A DNA stretch of 64,000 bases, from contig JAUCBJ010009146.1 of assembly GCA_032718475.1 (NCBI GenBank), forward strand, positions 1 through 64,000. The letters run 5' to 3'. Below are positions 13,101 to 27,183 of this stretch, one piece after another. A program made the translations under genes and the position numbers. The stretch is from Nemertoderma westbladi. Taxonomy: Eukaryota; Animalia; Xenacoelomorpha. The first letter of the stretch is position 1. The number at the start of each line of letters is the position of its first letter. Under the pieces are notes generated by a model that saw only the letters and a program-made list of their open reading frames with translations, made no database searches and was not told the DNA's origin.

Positions 13101-15231
13101 ATTTGTTATTAGCAATCTAAAATTTACGACGATGACAGACAACTCCTTAATGGTAGCCCTACTATATGCTAAGGCTTCGCACAATTCGTGGCTCGCCCCA
13201 CAATACCAACACTATTTGGACGGAAAAGTGACGAACTGGACCAATCTTTACCGCGAAATGAAGAAAGATTATAAAAAATTATACAGTGAAATTTAAAATA
13301 AAAGTGACGATTTGAAAAGTGACGATTTTATTATCTTATACAACATGTAACCTACATGTACACACATGGTTAAGGTTAGAACTCAATAGAAGCACAAAAA
13401 AATTATTAATAATAATAATAATAATTTGCGCTCAGTAGTAACAAAACATTTTATACTTGGGTTGCTTGGCGCGGCAGTACTGTGGTGTGCGTTGCAGTAC
13501 TGTGATGTTCTAGAATAGCGAAAAAAAATGAAGAGAGCTGCTGAGCTGAAGGTTTAAGAAGACGGTTGAACCGAGCCCGAACATCACGTCAGGCAAACGA
13601 GACTTACCGCTGCGCCGGTACTTCACTTTCCATTCACTAGTACCCAAGGTATTGTCCGTGGTAATTTCCTGCACATTTAAGGCCCGGGTTCTTACCTTGA
13701 ATCAATCCTCGCGCCCACGCGCTCAGGCCCTTCGCGATTTCAGGTACGGCCCGCCCCCCCTACTCCACTCTGCTCGCTTCCTCTCCACTCCGATTTTCGC
13801 GTTTTTAGAATATTCGGTGACGGTTCTATTTAAACACTATTCTGTAAACACTGTAGATATTTCTCTATTACATTTTAATATTTTACATTTATTTATCAAC
13901 TAAATTAAATTCACCTTGCTAAATTAAGACGTAAACATACAATTGCTATTTTCACTTAATTAACAGCTTTAATTTCTTTGCATTTCAGTTATTATTTTTT
14001 GCAGATTATAATATGAGAAATGTCTGAAGTAGCCTAAACATAAAGGTCGACGTTATTAGATAATTAATTTTACATTGAACGTCGATCACCATGGGTGATC
14101 TTCCACAGCAAACCCTTCCACTCTGTTTCCTAAAGGAATGCCTGTTCACCACCATGGGTGATCTTCCACAGTAAACCCATCCACTCTGTTTCCTAAGAGT
14201 ACTAGTTCTAGTTCCTAGGAACTAGGAAAATTCTAGTTTTCAAAAATTTGTGCCCAAACATGTCATCAGCAGAGGAGATAAGTACCGCAAAACTCCGCCA
14301 TGGTGCATTTAAAGGTCAAGTTACCAGGAAAATGAAATCCCGCTATAAATTAATTAATATTTTAACAAATCAAGCAGTTGAAGAGCAGACAGCCCAGTCA
14401 CTTTCTGAGTTAAATTCTCTTAAAGCTGGCGCTGAGGAGGCTTACATAAAATTCCAAAGTCCATCGAAAATCCGTCAGTAGTCCGCCGGGTCTATCCCTT
14501 ACTTTGCCTAGTGTCACCGTACCCCGAATCCTTTTCAGGCGCGTGATACGCTGACCAGCTCCGCTCGGCTGTCCATTGGTGTCTGTCGGTCTGCGAGAGA
14601 ATGCAGCAGTGATGCTGCATATATATCACTCCGTCTAGTCGGTAAAGCTTCGACCCTTCAGCGTACCGCTCGCCCCTTGCCATCCCTTTTGGTGTTGGTC
14701 CTAAAGCAACTCAAACGGCTTATCTCGGGGTCGGCAAGGACTATTGATTTATTTGTTATTAGCAATCTAAAATTTACGACGATGACAGACAACTCCTTAA
14801 TGGTAGCCCTACTATATGCTAAGGCTTCGCACAATTCGTGGCTCGCCCCACAATACCAACACTATTTGGACGGAAAAGTGACGAACTGGACCAATCTTTA
14901 CCGCGAAATGAAGAAAGATTATAAAAAATTATACAGTGAAATTTAAAATAAAAGTGACGATTTGAAAAGTGACGATATTTTGTTTATGTTTGTTTGTAAA
15001 TGTAACTGATATAATTGATTAAAGTTTAATAGGAAAATGAATTGATTTATTTAGTTTCATTTATATGAAGATAAAATTACACAAAATAATTGTCACTGTG
15101 ACCATAGTAATCAAATAAGTTTTTATACTGTAATATAAGCCTACATTTACGTTATTATTATTACGAATTATTTGGTTAGTCAGAATTATTTATTTAGATT
15201 TTAACCCCCCAGAACTACGTTTAATACCCGT

Positions 15232-15331
15232 NNNNNNNNNNNNNNNNNNNNNNNNNNNNNNNNNNNNNNNNNNNNNNNNNNNNNNNNNNNNNNNNNNNNN
15301 NNNNNNNNNNNNNNNNNNNNNNNNNNNNNNN
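15232..15331. other. Assembly gap (100 N)
   Basis: Run of exactly 100 n, a typical placeholder for a gap of unknown size. Confidence 1.
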
Positions 15332-16476
15332 CGTCGGCAAGGACTATTGATTTATTTGTTATTAGCAATCTATAAAATTTACGACGATGACAGACAACTC
15401 CTTAATGGTAGCCCTACTGTATACTAAGGCTTCGCACAATTCGTGGCTCGCGCCACAATACCAACACTATTTGGACGGAAAAGTGACGAACTGGACCAAT
15501 CTTTACCGCGAAATGAAGAAAGATTATAAAAAAATATACAGTGAAATTTAAAATATTCAATTTGGTCAATATCTCGGACTCGTGATGTTTTTGATTAAGC
15601 TAAGAAACATATAAATTTCAGCTAAGATATGGCCTACAGGTACATTTAAGCTAAGATACAGATACATTTTAAGCTAAGATAGAGATATATTTATGCTAAG
15701 ATAGAGATACATTCAAGCTGCAGTATACAGTAAGATACATATTCACTTTAAAATTAGGCACGTTGAACACATGGTAAAACGGCCTTAACAAATGAAAGTT
15801 ATAAAATAGCCGCCCATCCTAAGGAATATATATATATAAATAACAAAGAATAAATAGTAAGTTTGTGTACCAAATACGAGTTAAGAAAATGCGTTAATTT
15901 CGACCATTGTGTTTTTCCAACTGAAGAATACCAGAACCAGGTTTTCTTGTTAAAACCTGGTAGCCTATTCTTCCCATTAATGCAGACAGAATTGGGTTAC
16001 AAATCAACATCAGAAAGCAATTTTTTTAACTAACTAATATTAGTGAAAGCAGCTACTGACCGGACCCATTGAACGGACCCTTTGACCGGACCCATTGACC
16101 GGAACCTCTAAATACCGTATCGAAGCTTTACATATATTATATATTTGATTTATATTTTACTTGTGTATTATTGACCGGACCCTTATTACCTCTACTTGGT
16201 GACCGGAGCCATTGACCGGACCCTTATTACCTCTACTTTGTGACCGAACCCTAAATTATAGCTTTTTCTTTTTATGAACTGTTATAATCTGGGGTGAGTA
16301 CAAAACAAAGACCCAATTAAATGACCTGCATAATCTTGTAACCTTTCGTTTATTGTTTTGGTCCCCCCTGCTCTTTTACTAACCTGTTCATTTAATGGCA
16401 ATGGGTCCGGTCAATGGGTCCGGTCAACGGGTCCGGTCAACAGGTCCAGTCAATTGAGCAATGGGTCCTGTCAGTA
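15332..16476 (+). repeat. Slightly diverged direct copy of ~779-1918, including MITE copy 2 at 16054-16476
   Basis: Colinear with the earlier block, with scattered substitutions and indels. MITE ends are TACTGACCGGACCCATT and AATGGGTCCTGTCAGTA. Confidence 0.9.
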
Positions 16477-16619
16477 AGTCTTTGCCAATATTAGTGGCAG
16501 TGCGCAGTAGCAAGGACAACATTAAATGGTATGCTATTCAAAATTGCATTGAAATACAATTTTTATATCCATTCCCTCTTCTACAGAGGCACTCTTCTAC
16601 ATAACGATCGAATTCATTT

Positions 16620-17000
16620 AGCATTGACGTGACATAACACAATGCTCTCTCTCTCTTGTACTGCTTATTGGTTAGACTAGTTTTGATTGGATAGAAACTT
16701 TACAATAGATCTGGCCAGCTGTAGTTGTTGGGGCGAAAGGGCCCACTGATTCTTTGTAATGGACGGCAACATTCTTTATCCTCTGTCAAGGGCATTAAGG
16801 GTTCCCGCCAGGACGGTATTTCTATATTGAAGAAGGTAATTACGATATTTCCATTTAAAGTTGTTAATATTTTATAGTATAGATTTTTTTTTAGTATCAC
16901 ATTGCTATTTACGACTAATAATTTAGAACTTATTTGTAGCAATAGCCAATAGCCCTTCAGTGTTCAACAGTTATTTATTGTTACTATGGTGGCGGGAAAA
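16620..17000 (+). promoter_or_regulatory. Putative CCDC150 promoter with E2F-like, CCAAT and CRE-like motifs
   Basis: TTCCCGCCA at 16802-16810 and TGGCGGGAAAA at 16990-17000. ATTGG at 16667 and 16686, CCAAT at 16946, TGACGT near 16625. All lie 300-670 bp upstream of the ATG. Confidence 0.35.
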
Positions 17001-17294
17001 TAAACATAAAAATAAACGAATCAACTTGCCAAATAGATTATTTAATCTCCAGGCTCGAACCCTATGTAACTCAATGTTGCATTGATACTAATTAATTTGT
17101 AGTGAATCATTTGTAGTAGTTCATCTGTATTAATAGTAATATTACACAGATAATAAGTTACCGTATCGGAACGGTATTTCGAATAATTTTACATAAAGAA
17201 CAGAAATGTGTTACAGATAGATTTAGTTAATTTACTGTTGAATTTGGGCACTTTAGTTAGGCTTGATACTTTCTGCTTTTATGATAGTATAATT

Positions 17295-17444
17295 ATGGAT
17301 GAGACTGCTGCGTCTCAGAGTGACATTAGTTTCATTATCGAGGAACTACAATCTAAACTAGATGGGGCCGAACGTGAAACTCATAAACTCGTTGACTATC
17401 TTGGTTCCAACGTTGTCAAACATTCTGAGATTGTGTTACACAAG
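17295..17444 (+). CDS. CCDC150: CCDC150-like coiled-coil protein, exon 1 (50 codons)
   Basis: ATG at 17295, MDETAASQSDISFIIEELQSKLDGAERETHKL..., ending AAG|GTTGGT (phase 0). It joins the long ORF in frame at acceptor TTTATTTAG|18161. Confidence 0.7.
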
Positions 17445-18160
17445 GTTGGTTTGCGTTTCATTTTAGCATCAACTATATTTACTAACTCACTAGCCGAATA
17501 GTAGCCTCTAAATAAATGGATATAGTTGAATTGGGTATCTAAATACAGTAGGCCTATACCTGTTTTTCAACCTAGGTGGGATCTATAAACCCCAGGGATG
17601 TAAAAAGACCCCTGGGATACCCGAGACCAATAACACCTAGTTTGCCAGATAGTAGGCCAAATAACAATGCGTTTTTTTTAAATCCGGCGAATTTCTCCAT
17701 GTTGAATTTGGTAAATGATATAAATTATTTTAACTAAACAATAATCCATTTCAGTATTTTTTACCATTATCATTATCAATTAAAACATTTAAAGTTTTCA
17801 TGAGGAGTGTAAATAAATAATTTAGTACAAAGCGACGAAGCCGGAAAGATTAAGCAGAAACATCTTGTTGCATCTTGTTAGTGTTGTAGCTTCCCAAATT
17901 TAACAGTTTTTTTGTTATTTCTTTAAATTTGCTTCTTTTTATTAATTTAATTATATTTTCCTCTTTGGGGCTTCACTCAATTAGCAGCCTTCGGCTTGAC
18001 CTCATGAAACTTCCTTCATTAGGGTTAAACATCCGATCAACTGGCTACTTGCATGCAACATTGGTCTCCAGTTGCTTTTTAGTTTCTGTGATTATAAGTG
18101 ATAAACTTTTCTACTTAATTTAAATATATCAACAATAACAATATTGCTTTGTTTATTTAG

Positions 18161-21100
18161 AGAGCCGATGCCACTTTAAATCTTCGCGATTGTTATGAAT
18201 TGTTGGGGCAACGGATGACGTCATTGGAGGATATTATTCACAAATTAAAAGATTATATTATTGACAGAAGTGCCGTTAAAGATGAAAATGAAACTGCGAA
18301 TACTAATAATGCGTTGGAAAAATTTGAAAAAGAACTCCAAAAAGTGATGATTGCAAATGAAGTTCTGATAACGGAAAATAAAAAACTTCGAACTTCATTG
18401 GAAATTACGCAATCAAATAAAAACGATATCTCCATTAAAGTTGATAACTTGAATTCTTCTAAACAACGCCTCTTGCGGCGTGTAGAGGAACTCAAGAACG
18501 ACGTCAATCGGGAGTGTGGTCTACGAGCTAGTCTGGAGCAATCGCAAGCGAGTATGATAGCGAGACTGGGCCAATTGGAAGAAGAATTAGCCAATCAGAG
18601 GGAGGAGGGTCAAACATATTTGTCGGAAGTGAATTCGTTGCGTAAGGAGGTGGTCCGGCTGAAAGAGTCGAACGCAGACGCTGTTGATGCAAAGAACAAA
18701 GCGGTTGAGTTCGTGAAAAAAGTACAAAATGAAGATAATTCTAAAGTTATCCAACTCTCCAGTTACAACAAAAAGTTGAAATCGCAAGAAAAAGTCGTTA
18801 CAGAAATAAATGAAGAAAACATGGTTTTGAGAGACGGTGTGGAAAAATTACTTAAAGAGCACGAAGTTACAGAACAAGAATTAGATAGACTTAGTAAAGA
18901 GAACGAAAATCTTCATAAGGCTCTTAAGAAGACTGTAGGAGAGACCGTGGAAGTCGAAGAAATGTTGAAACAGCGCGTTAAAGAGTTAGAGAATGAAGCT
19001 TCTAAGAGATTGTCAGCTGAAGATGAAATTAAAAACAAGTTTATGAAAATGATTAGCTGTGAGAAAGAAGAACAAGCACGCCTGAAGGAGAGGGTGATGG
19101 TGCTGCATAAAGAAATAGGAGATTTGCAGGAACGGGCTGAGAAAGGTGATGGGAAAATTAGAGAGCAGTTACATGATAAAGAAGCTCTGGTACTAGCAAT
19201 GAAAAATGAGATTGCGTGTTTGCGAGAGGAAAGTGCAGGCACCTTAAAGAATAAGGAGACACTGTTGGATGAAATCAATCAGGCAGTTGATACAATGGCC
19301 AATGAGAAGAAACGATATGATGTGGATGTGGAGATGTTGAGGATGGAGTTAATGTCTTCTGTAGAAGAATCAGGTAAACTGGCCGAGGAGAATTTGCACC
19401 TCACAGAGAGAATAGCGACAATAGAGAAACAACAAGAGACTCATGAACAGATAGATGGGAGAATGGCTTCCTTGATTGAGAGCAAAAATAAGATGGTATT
19501 TGAGAAAGGGAAGCTGCAAGCCAAGATATCAACACTGCAAGAAGAAGTTTTGAGTTTGGGGGATGTTCGATGTGATAATGATAATTTAAGGAAAGGTAAT
19601 ATTTCTTTGGAAAATAAGGTGGCCCGACTGACAAATGATATTACTGCACTTCGTATTAATCTTCAGAAAAGCGATGCAAAAATAAAACACCTTGAAAATG
19701 GCGCTGTTAGCCGTGACAAAGAATTGGGTGTTGTTATTAGTAGTCGAGATGGTATTATAGAAGATAATCATCGGTTAAAAGGGGAATTAGATGTGTTAAT
19801 TGATTCTGAGAAATCCAGAGACTCAATTAATAAAAGGTCGTTGGTTGATTCGAAACGTGATAATGAGCACCTCCAAGCCACTCTGAATGCGTTATTGAAA
19901 ACTCAATGGGATTTGCAGCAGTCTTTGGAGATGGCTCACAGTAAGTTAGGCGAGAATGATGGTGAAATATCTTCTCTGAGAGAAAATAAACTTATTAATT
20001 CGAAGGAATTAAAACGTATTCGACGACAAAATGAAGAGTTGCAGTCGAGATTAATATCAGCTGACGAACACAGTGCCGATGAGTTAGGACCCTTAAGGGA
20101 AACCATGGAGGAAGTGCAGAATGATAATAAACGGTTGCATGAACAGCTCGAACGAGTTGTTAATAGTAACGGCCAATTAGAAGCTCGCATTGAGCATCTA
20201 CAAGACGACTTGATGAGATCCAATGAGGAGAGTTGCCAATTGCGCGGCGCTCAGTCGCAGACACAGGCGCTGGTTAAAGAAACTCAAAATGTTTACGAAG
20301 AAAGACTGGGTGAAGTGAGAGAAAACGTGGCTCGCGAAAAAGAGATGGAGGTTAAAAGGTTAAGTAGGGAATTAAGGGATTCTAAAAGAAAATCTGAAGA
20401 AAACGCTAATAAATTATCGAAATTATCATTTTCCAATCAGGAGCTTCGAAAGCAAATGGAAGTAATGAAACAGGAATCAAGTCGAATGGTGGAGAAAGTT
20501 CGTAGTCAGAAAAATCTTATTGATCATTTCCATAGAAACAGAAAGAATCAGCAGGAGCAACAGCAACATTTGAAATCCGTTCAAAATGAACTAAAACAAT
20601 TAGAGATTAAAAAGCAGGAATATCTTACAAGAACAAATTCTCAAGAAAAAGTGATTAATAGTTTCTTGGAACAGTTGAAATATTTAGAGAATCAGATTTC
20701 TGAGATGAGTTCAATGAATGAGCGAACAGTGGATGTTTGTGAGAGGCAAGCATCGGAGTTGAAATCGGATCGAAGGAAAAACGAGTTATTAATGAGAAAA
20801 TGCGACACTTTAGCGCGGGAAAATTCAAACTTGTTAGAAACAATTCGATGTAATAGGGAATTTAAAAATACTGTGAATTCTAGAACTGCAGAGGATAACA
20901 CATTGTATATAAAACCAAACGAAACTGTGCATTCTAGAACACATGTTAACCAACCAATATCTCACAATTCCAAACAATGTCGTAATTTCCATGGAAATGA
21001 AATGGCAAAATCGAATCTAGATGGGGAAAGGCAGACAATAAGAGACCAACAAAGGACAGCATGGTTAGACGATATCATATACCAACCTAAAGTAGCCAAT

Positions 21101-21307
21101 CAGCCCTTTGCTAGAGTGGAATACAGTGAGGCAGAAGACCCAGAGAGGGATGTGGCCTCCCCTGTAATTGAGGACTCCATAACCGATAAACTGAAACAGG
21201 CCGAAGAGATGATACACCTCAGTCAGCGCACAATGAAACATCTCACTGATAAAATAACAAAGTTAAATGCAAATACATTATCTGAAGGGACTCATATAGA
21301 ATATTAA
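18161..21307 (+). CDS. CCDC150: CCDC150-like coiled-coil protein, exon 2 (spliced product 1098 aa)
   Basis: 3.1-kb open heptad-rich ORF. Motifs CYELLGQRMTSLE, LRASLEQSQASM and IESKNKMVFEKGKLQAKI...DNDNLRKGN match recalled CCDC150 segments (CEFLVNRMCRLE, LRESLEKSASAM, TESKNKLAYENGKLQIKV...NDHLRKMN). Length is similar. Confidence 0.75.
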   Translation, partial: RADATLNLRDCYELLGQRMTSLEDIIHKLKDYIIDRSAVKDENETANTNNALEKFEKELQKVMIANEVLITENKKLRTSLEITQSNKNDISIKVDNLNSSKQRLLRRVEELKNDVNRECGLRASLEQSQASMIARLGQLEEELANQREEGQTYLSEVNSLRKEVVRLKESNADAVDAKNKAVEFVKKVQNEDNSKVIQLSSYNKKLKSQEKVVTEINEENMVLRDGVEKLLKEHEVTEQELDRLSKENENLHKALKKTVGETVEVEEMLKQRVKELENEASKRLSAEDEIKNKFMKMISCEKEEQARLKERVMVLHKEIGDLQERAEKGDGKIREQLHDKEALVLAMKNEIACLREESAGTLKNKETLLDEINQAVDTMANEKKRYDVDVEMLRMELMSSVEESGKLAEENLHLTERIATIEKQQETHEQIDGRMASLIESKNKMVFEKGKLQAKISTLQEEVLSLGDVRCDNDNLRKGNISLENKVARLTNDITALRINLQKSDAKIKHLENGAVSRDKELGVVISSRDGIIEDNHRLKGELDVLIDSEKSRDSINKRSLVDSKRDNEHLQATLNALLKTQWDLQQSLEMAHSKLGENDGEISSLRENKLINSKELKRIRRQNEELQSRLISADEHSADELGPLRETMEEVQNDNKRLHEQLERVVNSNGQLEARIEHLQDDLMRSNEESCQLRGAQSQTQALVKETQNVYEERLGEVRENVAREKEMEVKRLSRELRDSKRKSEENANKLSKLSFSNQELRKQMEVMKQESSRMVEKVRSQKNLIDHFHRNRKNQQEQQQHLKSVQNELKQLEIKKQEYLTRTNSQEKVINSFLEQLKYLENQISEMSSMNERTVDVCERQASELKSDRRKNELLMRKCDTLARENSNLLETIRCNREFKNTVNSRTAEDNTLYIKPNETVHSRTHVNQPISHNSKQCRNFHGNEMAKSNLDGERQTIRDQQRTAWLDDIIYQPKVANQPFARVEYSEAEDPERDVASPVIEDSITDKLKQAEEMIHLSQRTMKHLTDKITKLNANTLSEGTHIEY

Positions 21308-22395
21308 TTTGTCAGCTGTTATTTATTGTATATGTATTTTAGTTAATTATTCATTGTTACAATTATTACAATTTAGCTTATTCCTTATTACAAACAAGTG
21401 GTATATATTGTATTATTATTATCAGGGCACTCCTCAATTTCTTATTTATACAAGTTGTCAGCCAACACTCTATCCCATATTTAAGTTAAGTAATTTGTTA
21501 AAATACAAGGGTGTCTATACAACCCTATTTAAGGCTTTTAATAATGTGAATCCGCGAAAAGTTACTATTCAATAAATCTGAAGTTAAGTGAGATGAATTG
21601 AACAATGTAATTTTCGTACAATTAGCATAATAGAGTAAAAATAATGGCCGGCAGCGCTTATATTATCAAATTGTTTTGTATAGCTGCGTAAATTTCTGAT
21701 TTTAGTCGCAGTGACGCGTACTACAGTGGAATAAACGCCTTACAGACAAGTAACAATCCAATTAGCAATTGATAAACTGATTATACCAAGCTGATCAAAT
21801 AATAGTTTGTTATTACGGGGATAGATAGTAATAAAGTACAATTTGTTTTCCGGTTCGGTTACACGCTGTAATTCCATTCAAATGCATTGGGACATGTCCC
21901 ACTTGTAACTTGAATTATTGGAAAAATATTCCTATTTTGTAGTTACAGGCATGGGACAATTGGTTACAGGTGGGACAGACACAAGTATCCTGGACTTCTA
22001 CTACTTGTTATCCAAACTTCGATACTATGTGCACTGAATTCTACAAGTTTTCAGAATTTATATTGGTTATTAGGGTTTTCGAAAAAAAAGACTTGTAAAA
22101 AATCACCTCATTTTTGCTACTTTTTTGAATTTCGGGCCACCAACATACGGAGGGACCTTGTAGTGTATAATGTAATAGGTCCCGTTAGAGACATGGGGAA
22201 ACCTGACCCAAGTCCCATCTCGGCGAATTAATATCTTGTCTCATTGATAAATTATCAATTTAGGGGAAAGGAGCGGGTTTCAGTGGCACGTTATTCTAAC
22301 CAAAACAATGAACTAAAGTCAATCTATTTATTTTTGGGATAATCATCTGTCATTTGTGTAGATTTATCTGAAGAGGGATTACAATTTTTAGCGCG

Positions 22396-23624
<1,229 letters not shown>

Positions 23625-24687
23625 TAATTTAGCTCAAAGAGATGTTTACAAAACCAAAACCAAGCTGACACCAAACAATAATTAATACATTACGAAGCAC
23701 AAAAAACAATAAAGAGACAAAAAAAAACACTGCAACAAGCAAGCATTGAGCACAAAATACAATTAAATAGATTTAGCTGTTCAAAATAGCTTTGATAAAT
23801 TATGTCATTGATACCTAAATGATAATATATTAATTGGAACAAAAAAAAACACAATATTAAGTCAATTTAGCAGCTTCACAAGAAATATAACCAAGTAAAA
23901 AAATATCCCTAAAAACGTGATTGTTTTTCTAATCCTTGTAAGTTACCAATAATAACAAAAATACATTTTTTAATATTGAACAGATAACACAATTAATACA
24001 ACGAACCTCACATATATTTAGCAACACCAATAATAAGTACAATAATAATGGAGTTTTATATCAATTTAAAAACAACACAATTCAATAAACCCATACCGTA
24101 ACACCTGTAAAATAAAACGACCAACAATTATTACACCGGAGGTATTTATTTGCCGCAAATATTAACGGCAACGGGAAATAAACTAAGCAAAAATAATATT
24201 TAACTGAAAATAAAATAATAAATAATTTAAATTGGTTGTAAACTGAAGTTACCAATTTTTATTACATAAAGATCTGGTGGATATTCTAGAATTTCTGTTG
24301 TGAAAAATACAGGCGGGCAAATAAATAGATGATGGATATTAAATTAATTATTAATAAATATCCTGTAGAAAGAAAATAAATAAAAAAAAAAGAATATAAA
24401 TTTATATTTGTTTTACAGGTTTAATTAATTAACTAACTCTTGGTCAATAAGTCGTTACAATATATATATTTTTTAACAACACAATCTGCCACCAAACATA
24501 CTGAAAGTGAAAGTAATTTAGAAGTTTTAAGGTGGGAAATCTTCGTTGGCACTTGTAGGTGGAGGATGTCTGGCCTTATAAATTATTTATGTAAATATTT
24601 ACAGATTAACCGGAAGTAGTTTAATTATTACCTGTTAGTATGAAGTTCAATCGAACTGGAATGTTTCAACGATTGGGGTATCCTACT

Positions 24688-27183
24688 TGGGAAGGGAGGT
24701 GCCGGTATTGGAAGGGAGGTGTCGGTATTAGAAGGGAGGTGCCGGTATTGGAAGGGAGGTGTCGGTATTGGAAGGGAGGTGTCGGTATTGGAAGGGAGGT
24801 GCCGGTATTAGAAGGAGGTGCCGGTATTAGAAGGGAGGTGCCGGTATTGGAAGGGAGGTGCCGGTATTGGAAGGGAGGTGCCGGTATTAGAAGGGAGGTG
24901 CCGGTATTGGAAGGGAGGTGCCGGTATTGGAAGGGAGGTGCCGGTATTAGAAGGGAGGTGCCGGTATTAGAAGGGAGGTGCCGGTATTAGAAGGGAGGTG
25001 CCGGTATTAGAAGGGAGGTGCCGGTATTGGAAGGGAGGTGCCGGTATTGGAAGGGAGGTGCCGGTATTGGAAGGGAGGTGCCGGTATTAGAAGGAGGTGC
25101 CGGTATTAGAAGGGAGGTGCCGGTATTGGAAGGGAGGTGCCGGTATTAGAAGGGAGGTGCCGGTATTGGAAGGGAGGTGCCGGTATTAGAAGGGAGGTGC
25201 CGGTATTGGAAGGGAGGTGCCGGTATTGGAAGGGAGGTGCCGGTATTAGAAGGAGGTGCCGGTATTAGAAGGGAGGTGCCGGTATTGGAAGGGAGGTGCC
25301 GGTATTGGAAGGGAGGTGCCGGTATTAGAAGGGAGGTGCCGGTATTAGAAGGGAGGTGCCGGTATTGGAAGGGAGGTGCCGGTATTGGAAGGGAGGTGCC
25401 GGTATTAGAAGGAGGTGCCGGTATTAGAAGGGAGGTGCCGGTATTGGAAGGGAGGTGCCGGTATTAGAAGGGAGGTGCCGGTATTGGAAGGGAGGTGCCG
25501 GTATTAGAAGGGAGGTGCCGGTATTGGAAGGGAGGTGCCGGTATTAGAAGGGAGGTGCAGGTATTGGAAGGGAGGTGCCGGTATTAGAAGGGAGGTGCCG
25601 GTATTAGAAGGGAGGGGCCGGTATTAGAAGGGAGGTGCCGGTATTAGAAGGGAGGTGCCGGTATTGGAAGGGAGGTGCCGGTATTAGAAGGGAGGTGCCG
25701 GTATTAGAAGGGAGGTGCCGGTATTAGAAGGGAGGTGCCGGTATTGGAAGGGAGGTGCCGGTATTAGAAGGGAGGTGCCTGTATTAGAAGGGAGGTGCCG
25801 GTATTGGAAGGGAGGTGCCGGTATTGGAAGGGAGGTGCCGGTATTGGAAGGGAGGTGCCGGTATTAGAAGGGAGGTGCCGGTATTAGAAGGGAGGTGCCG
25901 GTATTGGAAGGGAGGTGCCGGTATTAGAAGGAGGTGCCGGTATTAGAAGGGAGGTGCCGGTATTGGAAGGGAGGTGCCGGTATTAGAAGGGAGGTGCCGG
26001 TATTGGAAGGGAGGTGCCGGTATTAGAAGGGATGTGCCGGTATTGGAAGGGAGGTGCCGGTATTAGAAGGAGGTGCCGGTATTAGAAGGGAGGTGCCGGT
26101 ATTGGAAGGGAGGTGCCGGTATTAGAAGGGAGGTGCCGGTATTGGAAGGGAGGTGCCGGTATTGGAAGGGAGGTGCCGGTATTGGAAGGGAGGTGCCGGT
26201 ATTAGAAGGGAGGTGCCGGTATTAGAAGGGAGGTGCCGGTATTGGAAGGGAGGTGCCGGTATTGGAAGGGAGGTGCCGGTATTAGAAGGAGGTGCCGGTA
26301 TTAGAAGGGAGGTGCCGGTATTGGAAGGGAGGTGCCGGTATTAGAAGGGAGGTGCCGGTATTGGAAGGGAGATGCCGGTATTGGAAGGGAGGTGCCGGTA
26401 TTGGAAGGGAGGTGCCGGTATTAGAAGGGAGGTGCCGGTATTAGAAGGGAGGTGCCGGTATTAGAAGGGAGGGGCCGGTATTAGAAGGGAGGTGCCGGTA
26501 TTGGAAGGGAGGTGCCGGTATTAGAAGGGGGGTGCCGCTATTGGAAGGGAGGTGCCGGTATTAGAAGGGAGGTGCCGGTATTGGAAGGGAGGTGCCGGTA
26601 TTAGAAGGGAGGTGCCGGTATTGGAAGGGAGGTTCCGGTATTGGAAGGGAGGTGCCGGTATTGGAAGGGAGATGCCGGTATTAGAAGGGAGGTGCCGGTA
26701 TTGGAAGGGAGGTTCCGGTATTGGAAGGGAGGTGCCGGTATTGGAAGGGAGGTGCCGGTATTGGAAGGGAGGTGCCGGTATTAGAAGGGAGGTGCCGGTA
26801 TTAGAAGGGAGGTGCCGGTATTGGAAGGGAGGTGCCGGTATTGGAAGGGAGGTTCCGGTATTGGAAGGGAGGTGCCGGTATTGGAAGGGAGATGCCGGTA
26901 TTAGAAGGGAGGTGCCGGTATTGGAAGGGAGGTTCCGGTATTGGAAGGGAGGTGCCGGTATTGGAAGGGAGGTGCCGGTATTGGAAGGGAGGTGCCGGTA
27001 TTAGAAGGGAGGTGCCGGTATTGGAAGGGAGGTGCCGGTATTAGAAGGGAGGTGCCGGTATTGGAAGGGAGGTTCCGGTATTGGAAGGGAGGTGCCGGTA
27101 TTGGAAGGGAGATGCCGGTATTAGAAGGGAGGTGCCGGTATTGGAAGGGAGGTTCCGGTATTGGAAGGGAGGTGCCGGTATTG
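24688..27183. repeat. 20-bp minisatellite, ~125 copies (GAAGGGAGGTGCCGGTATT[G/A])
   Basis: Strict 20-bp period, occasional 19-bp units, and one dimorphic position. Confidence 0.98.

Larger units (their letters stand above)
1..15231. repeat. Mosaic higher-order tandem array of shuffled ~0.2-0.5 kb modules (2448-bp and 4901-bp periods)
   Basis: The same 63-aa spurious ORF recurs at 540, 3042, 4695, 5493, 7143, 7943, 9596, 10394, 12044, 12842 and 14492. Offsets are 4901 (3042/7943, 4695/9596, 5493/10394) and 2448 (4695/7143, 9596/12044, 12044/14492). Copies are near-identical. Confidence 0.95.

Noticed and set aside
540-14946. Recurrent 63-aa, 89-aa and 83-aa ORFs as a multigene or toxin-antitoxin-like family
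   Set aside because: Some use non-ATG starts, they cross module junctions, one copy is frameshifted (~7467), and none has a recognisable domain.
18253-20901. Antisense ORFs over CCDC150, and similar ones over LMAN1 and the LINE ORFs
   Set aside because: Shadow frames of real coding sequence with no independent motifs.
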